The notes under the pieces were generated by a model, which did no database searches, had not been told where the DNA came from, and saw nothing but the letters and a program-made list of their open reading frames with translations. Shown here piece after piece: positions 10,151 through 19,824 of a stretch of 64,000 bases of DNA. A program made the translations under genes and the position numbers. The first letter of the stretch is position 1. Each line of letters starts with the position of its first letter. Source of the DNA: a virus; the IMG/VR virus record IMGVR_UViG_3300032291_003663, positions 27,060-91,059 of that record; one strand, written 5' to 3'.

Positions 10151-11014
10151 ATGAAAGAATACATTTTACCGGGATATAATCCCAAACTGTTGATAAAAGA
10201 TAAAGAACGTATAGCAAAATTGTATAACGAATATGGTGTTGTTATATTCCCTGGGTTTTTAAAAAAGGATAAAAATTTTAAAAACTATATTAAAGATTTA
10301 AATTGGGTGTTTGAAGAAATTATTTCAAGACACAGTACTAAATCATTACCAAAAGATTTAGGAGATAAACTATCATTGTTAAATAAACTTAAAGCAATAG
10401 ATGGTAAGATAATTACAAATCTCGGTACTCAACCTAATAAATTTAATTCATTTAATATACTTAAATATTCTCCATGTGTAGATGCTATTTTAAAAGAAAT
10501 ATACGGAGAACAAGCAATAATAGCTACACCTCAAGCAGGTGATACCTTGCATTTCTTCCCATCCGGAGAAGAATTTTATAAATATAATTTACCTCCCCAC
10601 CAGGACTATCAATACTTGATGCAATCACCATCCCAAGCTACATTTTATATGGGGTTATCATCATATAAAGAAGATGTTGGAGGACTTAAAATATGGGAAA
10701 AATCACATAAATTAGGTATATTACCTACTACAACAAATGAATTTGGTTCATTTGAAGTTAAAGATAGTGAAATAATACTTAAAGAATTTGAAACTCTAGA
10801 TTATAAATGGGAAATGGGGGATCTTGGACTTTTTGATAGTTTACTATCTCATAGTTCTATCCCTAATAAAAGTAAAAAACACAGTAGAATTGTTCAGATA
10901 TTTAGATTTTCGGATCTAAACAATCAACAAGCTAAAGAATATGATTTTAAATCTGCTACATATAAACGAGACGGAATATTATTTGCTGATATACATTCAT
11001 CCTTATTAAGTTAA
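10151..11014 (+). CDS. PhyH-like 2OG-Fe(II) dioxygenase
   Basis: PPHQDY (HxD), GGLKIWEKSH, GDLGLFDSLLSHSSIPN..SR. Confidence 0.85.
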   Translation: MKEYILPGYNPKLLIKDKERIAKLYNEYGVVIFPGFLKKDKNFKNYIKDLNWVFEEIISRHSTKSLPKDLGDKLSLLNKLKAIDGKIITNLGTQPNKFNSFNILKYSPCVDAILKEIYGEQAIIATPQAGDTLHFFPSGEEFYKYNLPPHQDYQYLMQSPSQATFYMGLSSYKEDVGGLKIWEKSHKLGILPTTTNEFGSFEVKDSEIILKEFETLDYKWEMGDLGLFDSLLSHSSIPNKSKKHSRIVQIFRFSDLNNQQAKEYDFKSATYKRDGILFADIHSSLLS

Positions 11015-11020
11015 AAACAT

Positions 11021-11704
11021 ATGACAATACACGTAATTTATAGACACACAGACAATTTAGAAGCTTGCGGAGTAGGAAAGAATAGACCAAAATGGTTTTC
11101 ATTTGATGGATGTTTAAATAATATTCTATCAACTATAGAAGATGCTGATTTTGTGAAATTTCATTTAATATATGATGGTGAGTTTAAAGGTGAAATTGAT
11201 AAAAGAATAGACCATGTAGAAATAATTAATGAAAAATCTGCTATGGGGGCTTGGGTTAAAGCCTGGGACTATGCTAAAAGTTTAGATTTAAAAGATGATG
11301 ATTTAATTTATCATCTTGAAAATGACTATATGCACGCTTATGGATGGCCCTATAAAATAATGGAATTATATGATTTATACAGTGAAGTAGATTACGTTAC
11401 ACTTTATGATCATCCCCATTTCTACCATCCTAATGATTACCCTAATTTATCAACTAATATACTACCCACTTATTCACATCATTGGATCACTCGCCCCAGT
11501 ACTACAGGAGCGTTTATAGTTAACAAAAGAATCTTATTTGAAGATTACGACACTTGGGTGGATGGGCCAGGAGATTATCATAAATTCATATCGTTAGGAA
11601 AAAATAAGAAAAGAAATATCGTATCACCTATTCCTAGTTTATCTACTCATTGTGAAACAGAATGGTTAGCAACAACGGTAGATTGGGAAAAATTATCTAA
11701 ATAA
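11021..11704 (+). CDS. GT-A fold glycosyltransferase-like protein
   Basis: YHLENDYMH, YVTLYDHP, PSTT, SPIPSLSTH; lies within the glycan locus. Confidence 0.6.
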   Translation: MTIHVIYRHTDNLEACGVGKNRPKWFSFDGCLNNILSTIEDADFVKFHLIYDGEFKGEIDKRIDHVEIINEKSAMGAWVKAWDYAKSLDLKDDDLIYHLENDYMHAYGWPYKIMELYDLYSEVDYVTLYDHPHFYHPNDYPNLSTNILPTYSHHWITRPSTTGAFIVNKRILFEDYDTWVDGPGDYHKFISLGKNKKRNIVSPIPSLSTHCETEWLATTVDWEKLSK

Positions 11705-11706
11705 AA

Positions 11707-12987
11707 ATGATAGAATTATCTAATATACAGGCATTAGCCGGGAACCATGTTCCAAAATATATCTACAATGATCATTTTGAACCCGGAAATACACCTGTGT
11801 ATTATTCTGGTCCATACTGGGATAGTAGAGAAATAGTAGCAGCAATGGATTCTTTCCTAAATGGCAAATGGATTACAGCGGGAGAAAAAGTACACAAATT
11901 TGAAAGTCAATTTGGAAAACGTTTCAAAACCAAACATTCACATATGGTGAATTCTGGATCATCTGCTAATCTAATTTTAATAGCAGCTCTTAAAAAACGC
12001 TTTAAGTGGGAAGATGAAGATGAAATTATTGTATCGCCTGTTGGATTTGCAACTACTGTATCTGTATTATATCAAAATCGACTAAAACCAGTATTTGTAG
12101 ATATTGAATGGGATACTTTAAACTTTGACATTAACCAAATTGAAGCTAAGATAACACCTAAAACTAAAGGGATATTCGTATCACCTGTATTAGGTAATCC
12201 TCCTGATATAGACAGGTTAGTTAAATTATGTATTAAATATGATATAAAACTAATAGGAGATAACTGTGATAGTTTAGGAAGCAAATGGGAGGGAAAATAT
12301 TTAAATGAATACTACGTAGCATATGCTAATTCTTTCTATCCTGCTCATCATATTAGTACAGGAGAAGGGGGAATGTGTTGTACAGACGATGATGAATTGA
12401 AAAAATTATTTGTTAGTTTATCATGGTGGGGAAGAGATTGTTATTGTGTTGGTTCTGCTAATTTATTACCTTGTGGAACATGTGGAAACAGATTTGATAA
12501 ATGGTTAGAAAATTACGACGGCGTTATTGATCACAAATACGTATTCAGTGAAATGGGTTATAATTTAAAACCTCTAGATTTACAAGGAGCTATTGGATTG
12601 GTTCAATTAGAAAAATTAGATGAAATTGAAACTAATAGAAAACGCTCTAAAGAAACTATCTCTAAAATATTTACAGACAATATCTCAGGGTTGAGAACAC
12701 CAAGTACATTAAGCAAGGCTGATCCTTGTTGGTTTGGTACTCCATTTATATGTGAAGAGGAAGGACTAAAACACAAATTAGTTGCTCATTTAGAAGCAAA
12801 TAAAATTCAAACGCGTAACTATTTCGCAGGAAATATTTTATTACATCCTGGATATTCATCATTAGATGATTATAAGAATTATCCGGAGGCAAATAAGGTA
12901 TTAGATAAGGTATTCTTTATAGGAGCAGCACCTCACTATACTCAAGATGTATTTAACTATATTGAAGATATAATAAAAAAATTCTAA
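11707..12987 (+). CDS. rfbH: CDP-4-keto-6-deoxyglucose 3-dehydrase (RfbH/DdhC, E1)
   Basis: VNSGSSANL, DNCDSLGS, SFYPAHHISTGEGG (His in place of the PLP Lys), GRDCYC..CG.RF Fe-S motif, DHKY, GYNLK. Confidence 0.9.
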   Translation: MIELSNIQALAGNHVPKYIYNDHFEPGNTPVYYSGPYWDSREIVAAMDSFLNGKWITAGEKVHKFESQFGKRFKTKHSHMVNSGSSANLILIAALKKRFKWEDEDEIIVSPVGFATTVSVLYQNRLKPVFVDIEWDTLNFDINQIEAKITPKTKGIFVSPVLGNPPDIDRLVKLCIKYDIKLIGDNCDSLGSKWEGKYLNEYYVAYANSFYPAHHISTGEGGMCCTDDDELKKLFVSLSWWGRDCYCVGSANLLPCGTCGNRFDKWLENYDGVIDHKYVFSEMGYNLKPLDLQGAIGLVQLEKLDEIETNRKRSKETISKIFTDNISGLRTPSTLSKADPCWFGTPFICEEEGLKHKLVAHLEANKIQTRNYFAGNILLHPGYSSLDDYKNYPEANKVLDKVFFIGAAPHYTQDVFNYIEDIIKKF

Positions 12988-13727
12988 TGAAAATACTAGT
13001 ATTAGGAGATGGAAAGTTAGGATCTGAAATAATAAAACAGACAAATTGGGAGTATATTTCAAGAAAAAAAGATGGATTTGACTTTACAAATGCTCGTGAT
13101 ATTACTAAAGCACTAATAGAAGACCATCATGGAACTATACTAGTAAAAAAATATGACGCAGTAATAAACTGCATGGCTAATACTGATACTTATTCTACTG
13201 AAAAAGAACTAATGTATAAAGTAAATTATGAAGCAGTTGCTAACTTATCTGATATATGTAATGCTTATAAGATTAAATTAGTTCATATTTCAACAGATTA
13301 TGTTTATGCTGGTTCTGTAAATAATGCTACTGAAGAAGATATGCCTGTACCTTCAAATAACTGGTACACATATTATAAATTATTAGCTGATGAATATATT
13401 GCAATAACTAATTCTAATTACTTAATTTGTCGATGCTCATTTAAGTCAAAACCCTTTGAATTTAAGTATGCTTGGTATAACCAAATAGGTAACTTTGATT
13501 ATGTTGATGTTATAACAGAATTAATTATTAAACTAGTTAAAGGAGATGCTAAAGGAATTTATAATGTAGGTACTGAAACTAAAACTATGCTTGATCTAGC
13601 CAAACAAACAAAACCAGAAACTCAACCATCACAAAGACCAGATCACGCACCTGCAAATATTTCTATAGATATTAGTAAATTAAAAAATTTCTTAAATGAA
13701 AACACTAGTAACAATACTAAACCATAA
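12987..13727 (+). CDS. rfbD: dTDP-4-dehydrorhamnose reductase-like SDR
   Basis: GDGKLG, HISTDYVY, YTYYK (YxxxK). Confidence 0.85.
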   Translation: MKILVLGDGKLGSEIIKQTNWEYISRKKDGFDFTNARDITKALIEDHHGTILVKKYDAVINCMANTDTYSTEKELMYKVNYEAVANLSDICNAYKIKLVHISTDYVYAGSVNNATEEDMPVPSNNWYTYYKLLADEYIAITNSNYLICRCSFKSKPFEFKYAWYNQIGNFDYVDVITELIIKLVKGDAKGIYNVGTETKTMLDLAKQTKPETQPSQRPDHAPANISIDISKLKNFLNENTSNNTKP

Positions 13728-14430
13728 CCTACCAGAATATACTAATTTCTTATATAGGGAATTGAAACAACATCAAACAGACACACATGATATATTCGTG
13801 TTTGATAATGCTAGTTCACCTGAAGGACAACCTGAAATTGTACATTTATCAACAGATGAAAATTGCTATTTTGGAGGTGCTATGAACCTAGCATTTGAGT
13901 TTATATTAAATACAGATGAATATGATTCATTATTATTCTTAAGTAACGACGTTATTTTACATGGTAATAATTTTGTAGACACCTTGCGCAATGAAATGTT
14001 TGAGCATGATTATACCGTTTTATCTCCATCAGTACTGCAAATTAGAACGCAGCCTGATATGTGGAGACAAATGTTTAATTATGGAACTAAAAATGTAAGA
14101 CAAGTACCGTGGGTTGATTATATGTCACCTTTAATTCACAGACGTTTGATTGAAGAAATTCAACAATTTGACATGCGAATGATATACGGATGGGGACTAG
14201 ACATTTATTCAGGAATAGTATGTGAACAAAAAGGTTGGAAAATAGGAGTAGTTGATTATCTTGCAGCTGCACACTTAGTAGCAAAAACAACTAAAGAAGG
14301 CAAATCAGATATTACATCTGAACAATACTTTAGATTAGCTCAAAACGGAATGGATAGTTTCTTCTCTAGTAATGGATTAGATAGTGAAAAACACAGATTA
14401 ATGAATTTAGCTCAAACATATAAAGTATGA
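13696..14430 (+). CDS. GT2 glycosyltransferase
   Basis: ILNHN, DNAS, ENCYFGGAMN, FLSNDV, YGWGLD. Confidence 0.8.
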   Translation: MKTLVTILNHNLPEYTNFLYRELKQHQTDTHDIFVFDNASSPEGQPEIVHLSTDENCYFGGAMNLAFEFILNTDEYDSLLFLSNDVILHGNNFVDTLRNEMFEHDYTVLSPSVLQIRTQPDMWRQMFNYGTKNVRQVPWVDYMSPLIHRRLIEEIQQFDMRMIYGWGLDIYSGIVCEQKGWKIGVVDYLAAAHLVAKTTKEGKSDITSEQYFRLAQNGMDSFFSSNGLDSEKHRLMNLAQTYKV

Positions 14431-15320
14431 TAACATTTTGCGTCTCAACATATAATAATTTAGAATATCTTAAATGGTGTATTAAATCAGTAAAAGAAAA
14501 TGCTCATTTTAATACTGCTCCGTTTATAGTACATGCTGAAAACTGTACTGATGGAACAAATGAATGGCTTGAAGAAGTTAAAGATCAATATAATTTAGAA
14601 ATATATATTGAACCAGAAGTAAAACCTGCTCGAGGAATAGGGGGTGGAATGAACTTCTGTGCAGATAAGATAAAAACAAAATACATTATATTTCTTCAAT
14701 CTGATTTCTATGTTGCTAAGAATTTTGACTTAGCTTTATTAAATGAAATAGAAAAATATGAGAAACATTATATTATATCATCCTGGAGAATTCAACCAAA
14801 TATATTCAATAATCCTCCAATGAAACCGGGTAATATATTTTTTCCTATAGATTATCTTGGAGCATATTGGAATGATTTTCAAGATAAATACTTTATTGAA
14901 TTTGCAGAAGAATTCAGTGAATTAAATGATATACAAATTAGAAGAGGAGAAGGAGCAGGTGGATTTATAATTAAAAAAGAAGATTGGGATTACATTGGTG
15001 GAAATGATTCATTATTTGCTCCTACATCTTGGGAGGATATGGATTTATTTATTCGAATGCAAAATGAAGGATTTGAATTTATTCAAACAACAAAATCTGT
15101 AATTTGGCATTTTGCTGGACGAGGTTCGCATCGCTTAGAAGAAAATGAAGGACAATCATCTAATAGACAAAAAGAAACAGAACATATAAATGCAGGTAAA
15201 TTTTATCATAAATGGGGACAATTACCTCAAATAGATGAAAATGAATTTGTAAAACCAATACTATCAACCAAAAATAGAATGACATATGATATCACTAATA
15301 ATACCAGCTACAACATCTAA
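14427..15320 (+). CDS. GT2 glycosyltransferase
   Basis: STYNN, NCTDGT, FLQSDF, IGGND, WEDMDLFIR. Confidence 0.85.
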   Translation: MITFCVSTYNNLEYLKWCIKSVKENAHFNTAPFIVHAENCTDGTNEWLEEVKDQYNLEIYIEPEVKPARGIGGGMNFCADKIKTKYIIFLQSDFYVAKNFDLALLNEIEKYEKHYIISSWRIQPNIFNNPPMKPGNIFFPIDYLGAYWNDFQDKYFIEFAEEFSELNDIQIRRGEGAGGFIIKKEDWDYIGGNDSLFAPTSWEDMDLFIRMQNEGFEFIQTTKSVIWHFAGRGSHRLEENEGQSSNRQKETEHINAGKFYHKWGQLPQIDENEFVKPILSTKNRMTYDITNNTSYNI

Positions 15321-16218
15321 TCAACACTATACAGACTTTGCAATACAACAAATTCGAGAATTATATCCAAATGAAAACGAAGTTGAGATTGTAGTTGAAG
15401 TAAATGATAATGTAACATTAGGAATTAACTATAATAATGCCGTAGCTAAAGCTAAAGGTGAGATTGTGGTATTGATGCATAACGATATGGTACCACACCC
15501 TGGGTTTGTAGAAGCAATTTTAAAGCATATAGAGCGCAAATTAGTACTCGTTTATCATCGAATAGAACCGCCTATCTACACAGACACATATTTAGGCAAG
15601 TCAATATCTGACTGTGGTAAAGATATTGAAACATACGATAAAGATAAATTTTTCTCGTATAATAGTGATGACATGATATTAGAAGGTGGTTCACAATTAT
15701 TCTTTGCTGTTTATAAAGATGATTACTTAGATATAGATGGATATACATTTAAAAAGTTTTGTGAAGATGATGATGTACATTTAAGATATAAAACAGCAGG
15801 ATATCAATGTAAAGTTGCTACAGGCGCTATGGTTTATCACTTTGTAAGTAAAACATCAAGAGTTGATAACTATCAAGAAACTGAAATGCTATCTAATTTA
15901 GCGTTTATTAGAAAATGGGGCTTTAGAGTATCTAAATACAACAAGGTATATAAGAAAGCATATACACTTAAAGGTACTGCTCCTCATGATTTAATTAATG
16001 CTCTTAATCTATGGTTCACATCTACCCTTGCAGAGGCAAATGTGGTTGCCGAAATAAATGTTAGTACCTTTACTCAACAAGATTACGCGTTTTTAACGCA
16101 ATTAAATGACATAATTGCTGAGAGTGGTGAAGTGGGCACATTCGAATTAGGGAACGTTAAAATCAACGTTAAATCGCTAGAATCATTTGAAAAAGATTTA
16201 ATATTTATACAAAAATAA
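15286..16218 (+). CDS. GT2 glycosyltransferase
   Basis: ISLIIP, YNNAV, LMHNDM, FCEDDD, VYHFVS. Confidence 0.85.
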   Translation: MISLIIPATTSNQHYTDFAIQQIRELYPNENEVEIVVEVNDNVTLGINYNNAVAKAKGEIVVLMHNDMVPHPGFVEAILKHIERKLVLVYHRIEPPIYTDTYLGKSISDCGKDIETYDKDKFFSYNSDDMILEGGSQLFFAVYKDDYLDIDGYTFKKFCEDDDVHLRYKTAGYQCKVATGAMVYHFVSKTSRVDNYQETEMLSNLAFIRKWGFRVSKYNKVYKKAYTLKGTAPHDLINALNLWFTSTLAEANVVAEINVSTFTQQDYAFLTQLNDIIAESGEVGTFELGNVKINVKSLESFEKDLIFIQK

Positions 16219-16222
16219 CCAC

Positions 16223-16594
16223 ATGGAAGCTATTAGCATATTAGAAGAATTAAAATTATTTCTGGAAGCCGAAGAAGAAGTAGATGCTGAAGCTGATCTA
16301 CAGATAGACGCTCCTACATCGCCTCGTCTAAAATTAGACGTTAATCCAAATCCAACTAAAAAAGGAGTAAAGGTACAATTTGTATTACCTAAAGGGTATA
16401 GCACAAATCAAAAAGAAGAATTAACTCAAAAGTTAAAAACTAAACTGAATGCTGGTTTAGCTCCACATATGTTAAGTGTAGATGTTGATTTAGATGTACC
16501 TTATGAAAATGTTATTGGATTTTTAATTAGACTAAGTAACTTTAAAATGCTTATAAAATCTATACTAGAAGAAGGAAGTAAAAAACCAGCTTAA
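16223..16594 (+). CDS. hypothetical protein
   Basis: ORF track; ATATTTATA at 16201. Confidence 0.7.
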   Translation: MEAISILEELKLFLEAEEEVDAEADLQIDAPTSPRLKLDVNPNPTKKGVKVQFVLPKGYSTNQKEELTQKLKTKLNAGLAPHMLSVDVDLDVPYENVIGFLIRLSNFKMLIKSILEEGSKKPA

Positions 16595-16604
16595 AATATA
16601 AAAC

Positions 16605-16994
16605 ATGGCTAAAAGAATTATCCCTAATCTATATATTGCCATTCAAGAAGGAACTGACTTTAACATAATCCAAGATAATGCTCAAATACAAGAAGTATTA
16701 TTCAATAGTGTAGTGGATGGAATTAAAGACGCAGCTAAAACCAACAAACAAGAAGCAACAATAATAGAATTAAACTCATCAGGTAACTATATTTCTATCA
16801 ATTATGAAAATTGGAAATTATCTTTAGAAAAAGCGCAAATATATTTTGCCGGTTTAGAACAATATGAAGTGTGTGCAGATATTCAAAAAATAATAGAATC
16901 AATTAATAGTTATGAACCCAAAAGATCATATAGAAAAACTACAAGAACAAATAAACCAAATAATAGGAACTCAGAGTGTCTTAAAACGTCGTAA
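16605..16994 (+). CDS. hypothetical protein with UVR-like helix
   Basis: EQYEVCADIQKII resembles the UvrB/C EeYE.AA motif. Confidence 0.6.
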   Translation: MAKRIIPNLYIAIQEGTDFNIIQDNAQIQEVLFNSVVDGIKDAAKTNKQEATIIELNSSGNYISINYENWKLSLEKAQIYFAGLEQYEVCADIQKIIESINSYEPKRSYRKTTRTNKPNNRNSECLKTS

Positions 16995-17316
16995 AAAGAC
17001 AAACGAGGATGCTCAACGTGAATTATTTATTAATACTGTTCCTTTATTAGAACATATTGTGAATAGAGGAGATATGTTATTTGCTGACTATGGGATTAAT
17101 TTACTTAAACATGATGAATCTTTCTTCCAAATTATAGATAGCTTAATATATATGCATTTTGGAAAAGATGCCGGGGAGATAATAATGTTTTACGTTTATG
17201 AAAGAATTAATCCTGATGGAACAATAAATCCACTATATGATACTGAGGATAATGTTGTTCCTTTAGATAAAATTGAAGACTTGTGGGAATTAGTAAAGCA
17301 ATTAATTAAAAAATAA
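16912..17316 (+). CDS. hypothetical protein
   Basis: ORF track. Confidence 0.7.
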   Translation: MNPKDHIEKLQEQINQIIGTQSVLKRRKKTNEDAQRELFINTVPLLEHIVNRGDMLFADYGINLLKHDESFFQIIDSLIYMHFGKDAGEIIMFYVYERINPDGTINPLYDTEDNVVPLDKIEDLWELVKQLIKK

Positions 17317-17966
17317 TGCCTGCTGCTAAACCATTAAGTAAAGAAGATATATTACGAGCAATGCGATTTACAAAATCAAATCGTGCTGCCGCTCGTTATC
17401 TAGGAGTATCCTATCAACATTATAAACCTTGGGCTAAGCAATATAAAGCAGATGATGGCAATATTGACTTACCATCTCTATTTGAATTACATAAAAACCA
17501 ATCAGGTAAAGGTATCCCTAAATTCTTACCCAATAAACGTAAAGACCCAAATGTTAAACTTATAATTGAGACAGGTACAGGATGGGAATCATTTACACCT
17601 GAGAAAATTAAGTCACGATTAATAGCAGAAGCATATTTAAAAGACGAATGTTACCATTGTGGATTTAATGAGCGTAGAGTAACTGATTATAAAACACCAC
17701 TGTTATTACATTTTAAAGATGAAAATAAATGTAATTATTTACTCGATAATTTAGAACTATACTGTTATAATTGTTATTTCTTATACGTTGCTAATCCGTT
17801 AACATTAGATCAAATACGTCATATTGAAGACAATACTGAGGTTAAAGCGGTAGCACATGAGTGGGATTTAACACCTGAGCAAATAGAGAATATGAAATCA
17901 CTAGGCCTATGGGATGAAGATAAAAATGATGAACCTGGATCTGAATTTATAGCTTATCAAAAATAA
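17316..17966 (+). CDS. HTH plus degenerate HNH endonuclease-like protein
   Basis: SNRAAARYLGVSY HTH; CYHCG...LHFKDENKCNYLLDNLELYCYNC. Confidence 0.7.
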   Translation: MPAAKPLSKEDILRAMRFTKSNRAAARYLGVSYQHYKPWAKQYKADDGNIDLPSLFELHKNQSGKGIPKFLPNKRKDPNVKLIIETGTGWESFTPEKIKSRLIAEAYLKDECYHCGFNERRVTDYKTPLLLHFKDENKCNYLLDNLELYCYNCYFLYVANPLTLDQIRHIEDNTEVKAVAHEWDLTPEQIENMKSLGLWDEDKNDEPGSEFIAYQK

Positions 17967-17994
17967 AATATTTATAAACACAAAAATCAAGATT

Positions 17995-18201
17995 ATGGAA
18001 AACAAGTATTACACAGTTAAAGTGGAATTTCAAATGGAAGATGACAAAGGTAAAATTAAAAAACAAACCTTTTCATATCTAGTAGATGCTATGTCGGTAA
18101 CAGAGGCCGAAACTAAAATGACTAAATGGTTAGTTGAAAGAAGTGAACGTGATTTTCAAATTAAAGCAGCTATTGCATCACCAATTGTAGAAGTACTATA
18201 A
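17995..18201 (+). CDS. DUF4494-like protein (Bacteroidota family)
   Basis: GKIKKQTFSYLVDAMSVTEAE matches the YLVDALSFTEAE signature. Confidence 0.7.
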   Translation: MENKYYTVKVEFQMEDDKGKIKKQTFSYLVDAMSVTEAETKMTKWLVERSERDFQIKAAIASPIVEVL

Positions 18202-18210
18202 AAAATAAAA

Positions 18211-18396
18211 ATGGCAATCCAAACTAAAGACGAAGCTCAAAGTAAAGTAGATAAAAAAGTAGATAGATCATTTTATAAAAAGAAAAAATACGTACCGTTA
18301 CGTGAAGAAAGTTGGGCTGATTTAAATCAGCGAGGCGCATCTTTAGCAGATCAACTTGAATGGATAAAATTAAAGAAAAATCAAAGTACTTCATAA
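18211..18396 (+). CDS. hypothetical protein
   Basis: ORF track. Confidence 0.55.
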   Translation: MAIQTKDEAQSKVDKKVDRSFYKKKKYVPLREESWADLNQRGASLADQLEWIKLKKNQSTS

Positions 18397-18432
18397 TTAG
18401 GTAAATAATATTTATAATCAAAAATATAGAAT

Positions 18433-18690
18433 ATGAAACTTTGTGGTAACTGTGGAATTCAATTATCTTGCGGGTGTCAAAGACGAGACGCCTCTGATGG
18501 GAAATCATGTTGTGATCAATGCATAAATGTATATGAAACATCTATTGCACCTCCTCTACCTCCTCCGCCCCCTCCTACTTCTATTCCACTACCAGTAGCA
18601 AAACCAGCTATTGTAGAAGAAATTAAAGTAGAAGAAGTAGTACTTCCTGTTAAAACACTTACTAGAAGAAGTAATTCGGATGAGAAATAG
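18433..18690 (+). CDS. Cys-rich small protein with poly-Pro linker
   Basis: CGNCG..SCGCQ..SCCDQC; ATATTTATA at 18408. Confidence 0.65.
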   Translation: MKLCGNCGIQLSCGCQRRDASDGKSCCDQCINVYETSIAPPLPPPPPPTSIPLPVAKPAIVEEIKVEEVVLPVKTLTRRSNSDEK

Positions 18691-19075
18691 TAAATCAAAT
18701 ATAATTGTATTTGAACCTCTATCTATACGAACCAATAAACCTAAAACGGTTTTTGAAGAGTATAAAGTAAAAATGGCTATAAAAGTAGTAGAGGCTATCT
18801 TACATTGTATTAAATTTGGAAAATCTAAAACAGTATTTGCAGAAATAATAGTTCCGGCATCTAAAGAAATAATTTGTCTAAATATTGAAGAAAGTAACTT
18901 TTTAGATACTTTAAATATAAATTTAGATACTTTAGTAGTAGAAGAAGAATATGAGCTATGTGCTGAATTAGTTAAAGCAAAAGAAAAAATAATAAATGGT
19001 CTTCCAAAGAAAAGTACTCGTCAAAAGAAAAAAGAAGCAGTTGACGATCTTATCGGAACCATAAAAAATCTTTAG
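18680..19075 (+). CDS. hypothetical protein with UVR-like helix (similar to 16605)
   Basis: EEEYELCAELVK. Confidence 0.6.
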   Translation: MRNSKSNIIVFEPLSIRTNKPKTVFEEYKVKMAIKVVEAILHCIKFGKSKTVFAEIIVPASKEIICLNIEESNFLDTLNINLDTLVVEEEYELCAELVKAKEKIINGLPKKSTRQKKKEAVDDLIGTIKNL

Positions 19076-19102
19076 TATATTTGCATTAGTTCTTTAACAT
19101 AT

Positions 19103-19467
19103 GGGGGTAACTGGATTTGATTGCAATGAGAATTGTAGTATCACACGTAGAGGTAAGTGCTAGAAACTCTTTAAAACTGTACAAAACATTAACTGACGAA
19201 ATGTCAACTATGACCTTTGATTCTCTTATGAGTTTCATTGGTGCTGATTACGCTCTAGCAGCCTAATTCCTCCCGTACACATCATGGGACAATTAAATAG
19301 AATGTGAAACCAATGTGGCATAGGAGCCGAATCGAACTCCTATCACCGTCAGCTAACGCGGTGTGAGAATGTTAGATAAGTGTTCATTCTGAATAATGGA
19401 ATAAACGTGTGACATGCTGGTATTATAGTTACTTTGTAAGACGTGGGTTCGAATCCCACTACCTCCA
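19103..19467 (+). ncRNA. ssrA: tmRNA
   Basis: Acceptor GGGGGTA/TACCTCC with G3.U and discriminator A; 5' GGATTTGA; T-arm GTGGG-TTCGAAT-CCCAC; tag ORF 19195-19266 after TAACT, ending YALAA*. Confidence 0.95.
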
Positions 19468-19550
19468 CTAAAATAATCATTATAAACAAATTAAATTTTG
19501 AAACCCTATTTTAGGGTAATACATTTAATTAAATAAAAAACAAAAATAAC

Positions 19551-19703
19551 ATGAAAAAAGCAATTTTCGCTCTAGCATTAGTATCAGTATTATCAAGTTG
19601 TGGTGGTGGATCAAATGAAGTACCAACAATAGATTCAACAAAAGTAGATTCTGTAAAGGTAGATTCAACAGTAGTAACTGATTCTTCTGCAAATGTGAAG
19701 TAA
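19551..19703 (+). CDS. small lipoprotein (50 aa, not in ORF track)
   Basis: MKKAIFALALVSVLSS-CGGGSNEVPTIDSTKVDSVKVDSTVVTDSSANVK; lipobox LSSC; own promoter and terminator. Confidence 0.85.
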   Translation: MKKAIFALALVSVLSSCGGGSNEVPTIDSTKVDSVKVDSTVVTDSSANVK

Positions 19704-19722
19704 TTTAGAATATTAAACTAAT

Positions 19723-19754
19723 AAAAGCTCTGAGATTAAAATCAGGGCTTTTTT
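19723..19754 (+). terminator. intrinsic terminator
   Basis: AAAAGCTCTGA/TCAGGGCTTTT hairpin followed by T-tract. Confidence 0.75.
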
Positions 19755-19778
19755 ACATTTACTTATAACATCAAAAAT

Positions 19779-19804
19779 AAAAAAAGCCGGCTTTTCAGCC
19801 GGCT
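19779..19804 (-). terminator. intrinsic terminator of the holin-like gene
   Basis: Minus strand AGCCGGCT-GAAA-AGCCGGCT-TTTTTT. Confidence 0.8.
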
Positions 19805-19824
19805 ATACAAATAAAAATAATAGA

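Noticed and set aside
10151-11014. TET/JBP-type DNA hydroxylase with GT for base hypermodification
   Set aside because: Motifs fit the PhyH family and the context is NDP-sugar tailoring; not fully excluded without nucleoside analysis
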